Virus record (IMG/VR): IMGVR_UViG_3300045988_098886
Strand: one strand, 5' to 3'
Length of the DNA stretch: 64,000 nucleotides
Source of the DNA: a virus
In this document: positions 1 to 7,439 of the stretch, in pieces
Layout: every line of letters begins with the position of its first letter
Position numbering within the stretch: the stretch's first letter is position 1
The notes under the pieces: generated by a model
Databases searched by the model: none
Seen by the model: only the letters and a program-made list of their open reading frames with translations
Told to the model about the DNA's origin: nothing
Made by a program: the position numbers and the translations under genes

Positions 1-281
1 CATTTCTTACATTTTACTTCAAGTCTTTCCTCAAATAACTTTTGGAAATCATCTCCGTAAACACTTACTCCCAAGTCTACTACATTAATAAATGTATCAA
101 CAAGTTCGTCACACAAATTGAGAGCTTCTGTTTTCTTATAATCAGATAAGCCAGTAATAATACTAACTTCTCCCATTACTTCACCACTCTCTTCTGCCAA
201 TTTGATAGCAATGTCTTGAGTTGTTCTACCATTCTTGATAGATTTGCCAACTTCAACAACGTGTTCAATTACATCAATCAT
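1..281 (-). CDS. MazG-like all-alpha NTP pyrophosphohydrolase (C-terminal part outside window)
   Basis: Own translation of the minus strand from ATG at 281: MIDVIEHVVEVGKSIKNGRTTQDIAIKLAEESGEVMGEV...CDELVDTFINVVDLG. The EExGE and ExxD helix pair resembles MazG-type NTP-PPases. The frame stays open to the window edge, so it is absent from the ORF track. Confidence 0.4.
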   Translation of the reverse strand, partial: MIDVIEHVVEVGKSIKNGRTTQDIAIKLAEESGEVMGEVSIITGLSDYKKTEALNLCDELVDTFINVVDLGVSVYGDDFQKLFEERLEVKCKK

Positions 282-304
282 ACTTTATTTCTTAATTGTG
301 AGTA

Positions 305-312
305 CAAAGATA
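305..312 (-). promoter_or_regulatory. Bacteroides-type -7 promoter box (TATCTTTG on minus strand)
   Basis: Plus-strand CAAAGATA is the reverse complement of TAnnTTTG. It lies 24 nt upstream of the ATG at 281. Confidence 0.35.
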
Positions 313-420
313 CTATATATTTTTGATGTTACAAAATAGTAACTGTTAATTTCTGTTAATAAATGAACTACTTTCACAAGCAATTCATTTCATGTCTAAT
401 AAAATTCTTACCTATGAGGG

Positions 421-503
421 CTGAGCGGTCAGGATTCGAACCTGAGTGAGCTTTCGCTGATGGTTTTGGAGACCATTCTCGTCGACCACTTGAGTACCGC
501 CCA
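421..503 (-). tRNA. Class II (long variable arm) tRNA with anticodon loop CUCCAAA, anticodon CCA; identity ambiguous
   Basis: Hand-folded cloverleaf. Acceptor UGGGCGG/CCGCUCA with one G-U pair; 3-bp D stem CUC/GAG; anticodon stem AUGGU/ACCAU; variable arm C-AGC-GAAA-GCU-CAC; T arm UCAGG-UUCGAAU-CCUGA; discriminator G. Confidence 0.7.
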
Positions 504-591
504 GTGTACAGATGTCCTTTTTGTATATCCATTAAATAATATTAAATATTGCTGCAAGACATCTTTAAAAATAAGAAAAAATGAACAGATG

Positions 592-675
592 TGGGCCCGG
601 CAGGACTCGAACCTGCAGTCCATTTAAGGAGTGGATTTACAGTCCACGCGGCTACCAATTACCGGTTACGTGCCC
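592..675 (-). tRNA. tRNA-Tyr (GTA), class II
   Basis: Anticodon arm GUGGA-CUGUAAA-UCCAC; long variable arm UCC-UUAAAU-GGA; T arm GCAGG-UUCGAGU-CCUGC; acceptor GGGCACG/CGGGCCC with one A-G mismatch. The D arm is non-canonical. Confidence 0.75.
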
Positions 676-787
676 AAGAAAAAACAGATGTGCATTTTTA
701 CAACATTCTATGGCGATTGTTTTTAAAAATTTGCTGTTGCACATCTTTGTAATCAATTAACAACTAAAATCAAAACACAATGGTAAG

Positions 788-860
788 TCTGGATAGCAGG
801 ATTCGAACCTGCGGTCTCTTGGTCCCAAACCAAGCATCTTACCAACTCGACTATATCCAG
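788..860 (-). tRNA. tRNA-Pro (TGG)
   Basis: Acceptor CUGGAUA/UAUCCAG; anticodon arm CUUGG-UUUGGGA-CCAAG; T arm GCAGG-UUCGAAU-CCUGC; 73 nt. Confidence 0.85.
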
Positions 861-871
861 AATTTGGGAGA

Positions 872-1477
872 TTAATCATTCTCCCAATAAGTTTTTAAAT
901 CAACGGCTGGACTTCTTTCATATAGGACTCCAGCTTTAATGGCTTCATTTAATTTTTCAGTAACTACTTCAACAGATTGTCCTCCAAACTTCAGATATAC
1001 CAAATTTTTCTTTTTAACAGACATAATTTTGGAATATTTAGGAATATTTTTACTTACTTCTCCCCAAAATACGGTCCATTCATTTTGGTTTCTTTTATTA
1101 CAGGTACAATTTGCACGACTTACTTTCTTAGAAGCAGTCTTTTTCACTTTAGCTTTAGCATTGTTTTTCTTTACTTCCTCATTTAAATTCTTTATCTCTT
1201 TTATATATAAATAATTAGAGATGAAGGTTTTAACTCCTGCTAAATTAAATGTCAATATCTGTGGTCCTTCTTTTACTTGAACCAAATATACTGTCTTAGC
1301 ATTTAAAGGATTAACAATTCTAATATCACAAGTAATCTTTGAAGCTTCTGGAAAGTGGTCACTCAAACCAATCTTAGCTTTACCAATTGTGTAGTATTTG
1401 CTATTAGTAGTTTGAGAATCACATATTGCATCCTTCTTGGTCATTAAAGACTCAAGATATTTACTTATGTAAGACAT
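872..1477 (-). CDS. hypothetical protein (201 aa, Lys-rich centre)
   Basis: Long ORF on the locally coding strand. Its start codon abuts the stop of the upstream gene (1477). No motif recognised. Confidence 0.6.
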   Translation of the reverse strand: MSYISKYLESLMTKKDAICDSQTTNSKYYTIGKAKIGLSDHFPEASKITCDIRIVNPLNAKTVYLVQVKEGPQILTFNLAGVKTFISNYLYIKEIKNLNEEVKKNNAKAKVKKTASKKVSRANCTCNKRNQNEWTVFWGEVSKNIPKYSKIMSVKKKNLVYLKFGGQSVEVVTEKLNEAIKAGVLYERSPAVDLKTYWEND

Positions 1478-1704
1478 TAGTGTTGATATTTACGGATTCT
1501 ACACTTGCAATCAGGGTCATGAACTACTCCCAGAGCCCTTGTACTACCACTACCTGTGGTAAATGAAATATACGTATGACCACTGTATTCAAATTTTCCA
1601 ACTCTTGTTGAATATGCTTGAACTTTAATAACAGAGTATTGCGGCTCAACTCTAGTACATCCTACTAAGGATATAATAGCTAGCAGATAAATTACCTTCC
1701 TCAT
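1477..1704 (-). CDS. small lipoprotein
   Basis: N-terminus MRKVIYLLAIISLVGC has a signal peptide plus a lipobox-like LVGC. Confidence 0.6.
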   Translation of the reverse strand: MRKVIYLLAIISLVGCTRVEPQYSVIKVQAYSTRVGKFEYSGHTYISFTTGSGSTRALGVVHDPDCKCRIRKYQH

Positions 1705-1738
1705 AATATTAATCTTTAATTAATAACTTATTTAATTG

Positions 1739-1810
1739 TGGGACGAGAGGGCTTCGAACCCCGACGCCAGGCTCTTCAGGCCTGCGCTCTACCAACTGAG
1801 CTATCGTCCC
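1739..1810 (-). tRNA. tRNA-Phe (GAA)
   Basis: GGGACGA-UA-GCUC-AGUUGGUA-GAGC-G-CAGGC-CUGAAGA-GCCUG...UUCGAAG...UCGUCCC-A; canonical cloverleaf. Confidence 0.9.
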
Positions 1811-2035
1811 ATTTCCTGTAGACATCACAATCTCTTTTTTAGTCTACAGGTTGCTCTCTATCCTCCCATATTCTGGGATTTCACACTATTGTTTGCGGAT
1901 TAGGTTCGTGTTTCCTCTTACCTTTTGGTACCTTTGAGAGCTTTCCGTACTTATTTATAGAATTATAAGTTGGGCTTTGCTGTACCTAATCCTTGTTAGA
2001 AATTACCTATCTACTTAATCTTTACCTAACCGCTG
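1811..2035 (-). ncRNA. candidate structured non-coding RNA between the Ro60-like gene and tRNA-Phe
   Basis: 225 nt with no ORF. On the minus strand there is a 9-bp long-range helix GGAUUAGGU...ACCUAAUCC (1985-1993 pairs with 1897-1905). A 9-bp hairpin CCUGUAGAC/GUCUACAGG (1815-1823 with 1842-1850) sits directly 5' of tRNA-Phe. Confidence 0.25.
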
Positions 2036-3757
2036 TTAGAGAGTAAGCATATTCAATAATTCTTGATTCATTGCTGCTTGGAACAATTCCAGAGCATTCT
2101 TTGGAATACTTTCAACAGGTGTTTTACCAGTAAGGAATGCAATTCCCGCGGGGTCAAGTCCACTCATGTAGAAAGTGTAATTGTCATCACAAAGTGATTC
2201 GAACTTAGGTCTGATGTTGCTCGAATAGAAACCATTAGGAATATCCCAAAGTACCATTACAAAGTTATCAACATACTCTTTAGAGAATCTTGTTCCCAGA
2301 AGTTCACGGAATCTTTCAAATACTGTTTTGTCTCTTCCGGCAGAGTTGAACTCACCATCAGAAATACAGAGGATTCCAGTTGGGAAATCTTCCTCTTTAT
2401 ATCCCTTATCTCTAAGTTGGATAAAGAGTTCAGCCACGGATAACAGATTGGTTGAACACCAACCGTCTCCACTGAATTTGGTGAATTTCTCATAGGGAGT
2501 ATCACCTTGCCACTGTTTCATTAAGCACCTGTCGGAGAACTCAAGGACAGTATTGGCAAATTTCCCTTCGAGTAAGTAAGAGAAATACAGAGCGATTGAT
2601 TTCGCTACATGATAAGCACTTACTTCAAGACCTGCGGCTTTACAAGTCATAGAGCCAGATGTATCAAGAACAGCAATAAGATTAGTCTTGCGATTCATAT
2701 CTTGTTTAGCTGTTTCAATAAGAGACATAAACTGCTTATTAACAGTGTCTATCTGGTAAGGTTTCAGAGCTGTTTTTCTCCCATTATAACAATCGTTATC
2801 AGGGAACAGTTCATATACAAATCCAGTGAATTTGGCTACTGGTTTTGCTGCTAACCACTCTTCGTATGCTTCGGTAAGATTGTGATTCTCCAAGAACTTA
2901 CTACTAGCAAGTTTTGATAGTGCTCTACCAGCAATCGAATTGAAATCAAGATTTAGATAGTCTTGACGGCTAATTGCCTGCTGCCATTTATGAGCATTAC
3001 CAGATGCTTTAAGTTCACGATACATTTTATATGCACGCCACTTACCTTCCTCTGCTTCGCCATAGTCGAATATTTCTTTCACGATTTTCTTAGCAATAAA
3101 GTTATTGCTTTGAGAACGTAAAGAAGTACACTTTTTTAATGGTTTGATTTGTGGAAGATACTTTCTCACCAAGTTGGTTTGACCATCGTCAGCTAAACCA
3201 CCGACAATAAACTTAATGATGTATTTCCAATCCAGAACTTTATTGACTGCACCATTGTATTCAAGGTCTAATCTTAATATTTCAAAGATGTCGTCCCAAG
3301 AACCAGCTGTAATGAAGACAGGCAAATTCTTTTTAAATACTTTTGGGTGTGTTGTGGCAAGCCAGATAATTCTCATGAAGAACTCGGATTTAAGTCCTTG
3401 TCCTCTTTGAACTCCTAATTTCTTACCTGTAAAGAGTTTTGGATTTCGTGTAATCAAACGGATGTACACTGTTTCTTTGATTGTTATTAAAGGGTCAACT
3501 GCCCACAATCTTTCCATAGTTGATGCGACTTCGTGAAACTCTCTAGGTTTCCTGTAGTTTCCAACGGCTGCGAAGTCGTCAACAAATACATTACCTGACG
3601 TATCATACTTCAAACTTCCATTACCAGAAGTTGTTTCATGTTCCATTTTATATGCTTCCCTTTGGAAGATATTTTCAAACTTGGGAGCATTTACTCCCGA
3701 ACCTTTAGTGACTTTAGGAGTCACTTCATAAATTGATGTTCTTTTTCTGTCAAACAT
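2036..3757 (-). CDS. DUF2828/TROVE-like N-terminal domain + C-terminal vWA (MIDAS) protein, Ro60-like architecture
   Basis: N-terminal TTSGNGSLKYDTSGNVFVDDF matches the TxNGxxxYxTSGNxxxDxF signature of DUF2828/TROVE-type proteins. C-terminal LIAVLDTSGSMT (DxSxS MIDAS) ... CISDGEFN is typical of vWA. Confidence 0.7.
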   Translation of the reverse strand: MFDRKRTSIYEVTPKVTKGSGVNAPKFENIFQREAYKMEHETTSGNGSLKYDTSGNVFVDDFAAVGNYRKPREFHEVASTMERLWAVDPLITIKETVYIRLITRNPKLFTGKKLGVQRGQGLKSEFFMRIIWLATTHPKVFKKNLPVFITAGSWDDIFEILRLDLEYNGAVNKVLDWKYIIKFIVGGLADDGQTNLVRKYLPQIKPLKKCTSLRSQSNNFIAKKIVKEIFDYGEAEEGKWRAYKMYRELKASGNAHKWQQAISRQDYLNLDFNSIAGRALSKLASSKFLENHNLTEAYEEWLAAKPVAKFTGFVYELFPDNDCYNGRKTALKPYQIDTVNKQFMSLIETAKQDMNRKTNLIAVLDTSGSMTCKAAGLEVSAYHVAKSIALYFSYLLEGKFANTVLEFSDRCLMKQWQGDTPYEKFTKFSGDGWCSTNLLSVAELFIQLRDKGYKEEDFPTGILCISDGEFNSAGRDKTVFERFRELLGTRFSKEYVDNFVMVLWDIPNGFYSSNIRPKFESLCDDNYTFYMSGLDPAGIAFLTGKTPVESIPKNALELFQAAMNQELLNMLTL

Positions 3758-3786
3758 ATTCAGGTTAATTTAAACATTTTACATAG

Positions 3787-3872
3787 TAGCTCCACCCGGA
3801 ATCGAACCGGGACGGCCCTTTCGGACCATCAGATTTTAAGTCTGACGCGTCTACCAATTCCGCCATAGAGCC
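3787..3872 (-). tRNA. tRNA-Leu (TAA), class II
   Basis: Acceptor GGCUCUA/UGGAGCU with G-U pairs; UGGCGGAAUUGGUAGACGC D region; anticodon arm UCAGA-CUUAAAA-UCUGA; variable arm GGUCC-GAAA-GGGCC; T arm CCCGG-UUCGAUU-CCGGG. Confidence 0.85.
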
Positions 3873-3883
3873 ATCCTTATTTT

Positions 3884-4015
3884 TTAGAAGCAATCATCGT
3901 CTGTATTGTCATTAGTTACATAATCAATCATTGCACCTGCAAGTATGACTAATCCAAATGAAACCAATAGAGATAAAATAAATATTATGACTACTCCTAG
4001 TATAAATTCTGCCAT
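3884..4015 (-). CDS. 43-aa single-pass membrane peptide
   Basis: Own translation: MAEFILGVVIIFILSLLVSFGLVILAGAMIDYVTNDNTDDDCF. A promoter box lies upstream. It is below the ORF-track length cut-off. Confidence 0.4.
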   Translation of the reverse strand: MAEFILGVVIIFILSLLVSFGLVILAGAMIDYVTNDNTDDDCF

Positions 4016-4041
4016 ACTTTTTCCTTTCTGATTAAGTGATG

Positions 4042-4049
4042 CAAAGATA
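4042..4049 (-). promoter_or_regulatory. Bacteroides-type -7 box (TATCTTTG on minus strand)
   Basis: Plus-strand CAAAGATA, 27 nt upstream of the ATG at 4015. Confidence 0.35.
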
Positions 4050-4139
4050 CTACAAAAAACTGAGCCTACAAACCTTTATTAGTTAAAATTTGTAAATTCT
4101 TCTTCATTTATTATGAGTTAGATTTATTTTGCTTATTTC

Positions 4140-4247
4140 TTAGTTATCTTTAAATATTTTAGTTGATAACCAACAAATAAAGCTAAATCCGGCTGCTATT
4201 GCTGCCATACAGAGAGTTCCTTGAAGAAAATAAATTATAAAATCCAT
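4140..4247 (-). CDS. 35-aa hydrophobic peptide
   Basis: Own translation: MDFIIYFLQGTLCMAAIAAGFSFICWLSTKIFKDN. There is a 1-nt gap to the upstream mini-ORF. Confidence 0.3.
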   Translation of the reverse strand: MDFIIYFLQGTLCMAAIAAGFSFICWLSTKIFKDN

Positions 4248-4248
4248 A

Positions 4249-4332
4249 TTATATTCCTTTCTTCCATTTAACATACAAGATAGCCAATCCGTATAAAATC
4301 GGAAAGGCTATCATACCATAAATAAACTCCAT
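4249..4332 (-). CDS. 27-aa hydrophobic peptide
   Basis: Own translation: MEFIYGMIAFPILYGLAILYVKWKKGI. Confidence 0.25.
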   Translation of the reverse strand: MEFIYGMIAFPILYGLAILYVKWKKGI

Positions 4333-4398
4333 TTTAGTTTGGTGTACTAAATATGAAGCAAACAATCAATATCACGCATATTACCGTGAGGAGTCCCA

Positions 4399-4749
4399 TT
4401 ACACTTCAACAATTTGAGATTTCATGCAGATATTCGGAGTACTGAGAACAGCGTATGCTTGTGCACTACCGACTCCTACCATTTTGACCTTTACACAGTC
4501 AGAATCAACAACAATAGGTGTAACATCATCACCATATTGGTCAGTGTCAACTGTTACAGCAGCAACTCCCAATTCAGAAGAGATGTGACCACAAATATCA
4601 GAAAGAACTTCCGGAAATGAATCATTGACCAGAATACATTCGAGCATTCCGTTCTGTGATATAACAGCCACCACCGGAGAATCGTTACTTACTTCAATTG
4701 CCAATTTGTTTTCACCTTCTTGTACCTTTGCAAATTCTAATTTCTTCAT
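4399..4749 (-). CDS. hypothetical protein (116 aa, acidic)
   Basis: ORF on the coding strand; no motif recognised. Confidence 0.6.
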   Translation of the reverse strand: MKKLEFAKVQEGENKLAIEVSNDSPVVAVISQNGMLECILVNDSFPEVLSDICGHISSELGVAAVTVDTDQYGDDVTPIVVDSDCVKVKMVGVGSAQAYAVLSTPNICMKSQIVEV

Positions 4750-4771
4750 CTTTAAAATATGATTTTATGGA

Positions 4772-4927
4772 TTAATAAATGTCGTTTTCAAGTTGTGCAG
4801 ATACACATACTTGCTCAATATCATAGTCAGGATTTTTCTGAGCTATTTCAATTGCAGATTTCACCACTTCGTTGAGACACCCATGTTCTTGAGCGTTCTC
4901 CAACATTCTTTCAATGATTCCGTTCAT
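4772..4927 (-). CDS. hypothetical 51-aa protein
   Basis: Own translation: MNGIIERMLENAQEHGCLNEVVKSAIEIAQKNPDYDIEQVCVSAQLENDIY. An ATGA start/stop overlap with the upstream gene (4924-4927) suggests translational coupling. Confidence 0.4.
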   Translation of the reverse strand: MNGIIERMLENAQEHGCLNEVVKSAIEIAQKNPDYDIEQVCVSAQLENDIY

Positions 4928-5175
4928 AGTTTAATTAGTGTTCCTTTTGATAAGATTTTAACTTTATTGGAAAAACACACAGCAGATATAGGAGCTGCGA
5001 GAAGAGTAGTATATGCCCTGCCCATAGGCTCACCTATTGGGATAATAATGTCTTTATATCTTTGTACAACATCCCCAGGCCTTAAATCCTCACTGTGCCA
5101 ACTAAGAATTTCCGCCACGTCTCCGTCCTTCATATCTGCAAGGCAACTTACTTGAGAGTCTGATACTTTAGCCAT
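4924..5175 (-). CDS. hypothetical protein (83 aa)
   Basis: ORF on the coding strand, overlapping both neighbours by a few nt. Confidence 0.6.
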   Translation of the reverse strand: MAKVSDSQVSCLADMKDGDVAEILSWHSEDLRPGDVVQRYKDIIIPIGEPMGRAYTTLLAAPISAVCFSNKVKILSKGTLIKL

Positions 5176-5740
5176 TTAGTTTACACTGTTTAATGATTTC
5201 TTTAGTAATAATTCCGCCTAATGCACGAGATGCTTTATCGATTGCGTCGAGATTGAATTCATCTTTATCGAATTTGAATTGAATCCATGTTGGCTCATTT
5301 GGTCTATAGTCTAAGTATGTTTTACATTTTTTAGTTCCTAAGACTTCATGTACCATATCAAGAATACGCTCTCCTGCTTTCTTAGTTCTTACAAATCCAG
5401 ATAAGTCATATCCAACACCTCTAGAGCTCCAATATTCTCCTTCTTCTGGACGCTCATCCTTAGGCATCCAATGCCAACTTGGAATACCAATTCTTGGATG
5501 AGGAATACGGATTGCTTGTTCCATTACATATTCAGAACGAGGATTCTCTGGGTCTTCTGGATAAGCAGCGTATTCACAAGTCGAATAGACAGTTGAACCT
5601 CTTACTTCAAAGTGTAAGCCACAATGTCTACAAGTTGCAGAAGATAGCCCTCCTCCAGATACACAACTTCCTCTTGCTGCATCACATCCACAGTTCGGAC
5701 AACCAAACTGTTCAAAATCAGAATATAATATTGATAACAT
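5168..5740 (-). CDS. zinc-ribbon protein (190 aa)
   Basis: N-terminal CPNCGC...CRHCG four-Cys ribbon; the rest is unrecognised. Confidence 0.65.
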   Translation of the reverse strand: MLSILYSDFEQFGCPNCGCDAARGSCVSGGGLSSATCRHCGLHFEVRGSTVYSTCEYAAYPEDPENPRSEYVMEQAIRIPHPRIGIPSWHWMPKDERPEEGEYWSSRGVGYDLSGFVRTKKAGERILDMVHEVLGTKKCKTYLDYRPNEPTWIQFKFDKDEFNLDAIDKASRALGGIITKEIIKQCKLNG

Positions 5741-6039
5741 TAGTAATTTGATTTAAATACAACTTCTTTGAAAGCTACATATACTTTATCATCTTGTTCA
5801 ACAAGGCAATCATTCTCCTCTAAGAACTTAGTGATAAAGTATGTAGGAATATCATAGTTATCAGTCACAAACATATCACGTTCTTTATCAAAGTGATAAC
5901 GTTCATGTCTTTCAAGCCGAGTAGGATTTCCATTAAGAGTAATCTCACCAGACAAAGGATTGTCTTTATCTGGCTTGATTCCCTTTATATAGATTGAATA
6001 CTTGGCATCCGGCAAATAAACTTGCTGAATTACACTCAC
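5740..6039 (-). CDS. hypothetical protein (99 aa)
   Basis: ORF on the coding strand, abutting its neighbours. Confidence 0.6.
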   Translation of the reverse strand: MSVIQQVYLPDAKYSIYIKGIKPDKDNPLSGEITLNGNPTRLERHERYHFDKERDMFVTDNYDIPTYFITKFLEENDCLVEQDDKVYVAFKEVVFKSNY

Positions 6040-6483
6040 TTACACTTCCTCCCAAGTAATTGTTACAACTTTCTTCAGGATTCTGTAGTCTCCAGTCTCT
6101 TTAAGAACAGAGATTGCCTTTTCAATCAAGTCCTCTTGGTCCATGATTTCCGGCTGTTGAGTGTTTATGGGAGTTTCGGAAGCAGCCATTTCTGCCTTCT
6201 TTTCTCTGCTACGCTTATTCAGCTCATTAGCTTTTTGTCTGTATTCCTTGAGATAGTTCTCCACTCTTCCAATGTAAACTGGGTCATTTGGAAGTTTGTA
6301 TCCTGATTTTGTTGCTTCGAACAACCCAAACTCTTGAGCAGTTGTGGAATATGTAGGAAGACCAGGCAGGATTCCCTTCAACAAGGTCGAAAGTTCACTA
6401 AGGGTAAAGATTTTACCTCTGTTCTCGTCTCTTACCATGTTGTACTTTCTACAAATCTCTTTTGCATCGTTTTTCTTTCCCAT
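6040..6483 (-). CDS. hypothetical protein (147 aa)
   Basis: ORF on the coding strand, abutting the next gene. Confidence 0.65.
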   Translation of the reverse strand: MGKKNDAKEICRKYNMVRDENRGKIFTLSELSTLLKGILPGLPTYSTTAQEFGLFEATKSGYKLPNDPVYIGRVENYLKEYRQKANELNKRSREKKAEMAASETPINTQQPEIMDQEDLIEKAISVLKETGDYRILKKVVTITWEEV

Positions 6484-6560
6484 AATCTTGAAATTTTTAG
6501 TTATTAATAAATTGAATTGATTTATTGTTGACTTAGAACTCTGTGTTCAGTGTGAGGTCT

Positions 6561-6758
6561 TTAAAATCCAAAACTCTTTAGTTGTTTATAATACCACTCA
6601 TGGTCGATTGATGCTTCATCTTGCTCTTGAACTGTATTGTAATAGTTCGCTAAGGTAATTTTCTTAGCAGAGTTCTTAGTGCTATGATAAGCCTTTTCAA
6701 TCGTCTTTAACAGTTTATCTTTCATCTCTCTGTATGTAAGGTTTCTAATGATTTGCAA
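6561..6758 (-). CDS. hypothetical protein (65 aa)
   Basis: ORF on the coding strand. Confidence 0.45.
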   Translation of the reverse strand: MQIIRNLTYREMKDKLLKTIEKAYHSTKNSAKKITLANYYNTVQEQDEASIDHEWYYKQLKSFGF

Positions 6759-6813
6759 CTACTTAGAAGAGCTAACCTAATTTACCATTAGAATAAAGGT
6801 ATAATTATGCAGT

Positions 6814-6857
6814 TATCTTTACGATAAACTTCTTACGGAATATCTTTACGATAAACT
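6814..6857. repeat. perfect 17-bp direct repeat TATCTTTACGATAAACT x2 (6814-6830, 6841-6857)
   Basis: Read directly from the sequence. The repeat is flanked by inverted TGCAGT (6808-6813) and ACTGCA (6855-6860). It lies in a non-coding region upstream of the 6758 gene start. Confidence 0.8.
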
Positions 6858-7084
6858 GCATACAGAATACCTCTATATTCAAATAATCCTTCAAACTGAA
6901 GGTTTTATTTGTTTTGCCATAGTTACGCTATGATTCGAATACTTTATAGTATTATCAACAGATTTAGATTAGCTAATACAAAGGATATCTGTACCTTTGT
7001 ATCCACTCGATATAGTTTAATTTCTGCGACCGAATCACAAGGTATCGGTAAGGAGATAAACTACTTACCTTAACCCGTCCTACA

Positions 7085-7237
7085 TCAATTTAAATATATA
7101 TTCTTCTTATTATCATAGATGCGAATCCATCTTGATATGTACTTGAAGTTGTTTTGTGAGCGAAACTTCCTAGCATCCTTCAGTTGGTTAAATGAACGTA
7201 TATGCTCGCCATCATCAAATCTACATGAATATCTCAT
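7085..7237 (-). CDS. possible 50-aa basic protein
   Basis: Own translation: MRYSCRFDDGEHIRSFNQLKDARKFRSQNNFKYISRWIRIYDNKKNIYLN. Short, with no supporting signals. Confidence 0.25.
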   Translation of the reverse strand: MRYSCRFDDGEHIRSFNQLKDARKFRSQNNFKYISRWIRIYDNKKNIYLN

Positions 7238-7258
7238 TTTGCTTTATAAATTTAGTTG

Positions 7259-7417
7259 TTATTTTACTATGTAAGGAGCTACTGTATATACAAACTTGAA
7301 TGCACTTCTTGCAAATGCTGATTCCAGTTTAGCCACTTCTGCTTCAAACGCAGCTTCTGCTGCCTCTCTAGTATCATATAACACGGAGAGATTATTAGTT
7401 ACAATATATTTCTTCAT
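7259..7417 (-). CDS. possible 52-aa protein
   Basis: Own translation: MKKYIVTNNLSVLYDTREAAEAAFEAEVAKLESAFARSAFKFVYTVAPYIVK. It starts 23 nt after the tmRNA 3' end. Confidence 0.35.
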   Translation of the reverse strand: MKKYIVTNNLSVLYDTREAAEAAFEAEVAKLESAFARSAFKFVYTVAPYIVK

Positions 7418-7439
7418 TGTTGTATGTATTTAAAGATTG

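Noticed and set aside
429-623. 64-aa minus-strand ORF; likewise the 74-aa ORF at 9242-9466
   Set aside because: Both read straight through tRNA genes (the CCA tRNA and tRNA-Tyr; tRNA-Arg). They are artefacts of ORF calling.
4333-4398. Fourth mini-ORF directly after gene 4399-4749
   Set aside because: Careful re-translation gives a stop after 8 codons (MGLLTVYA-stop).
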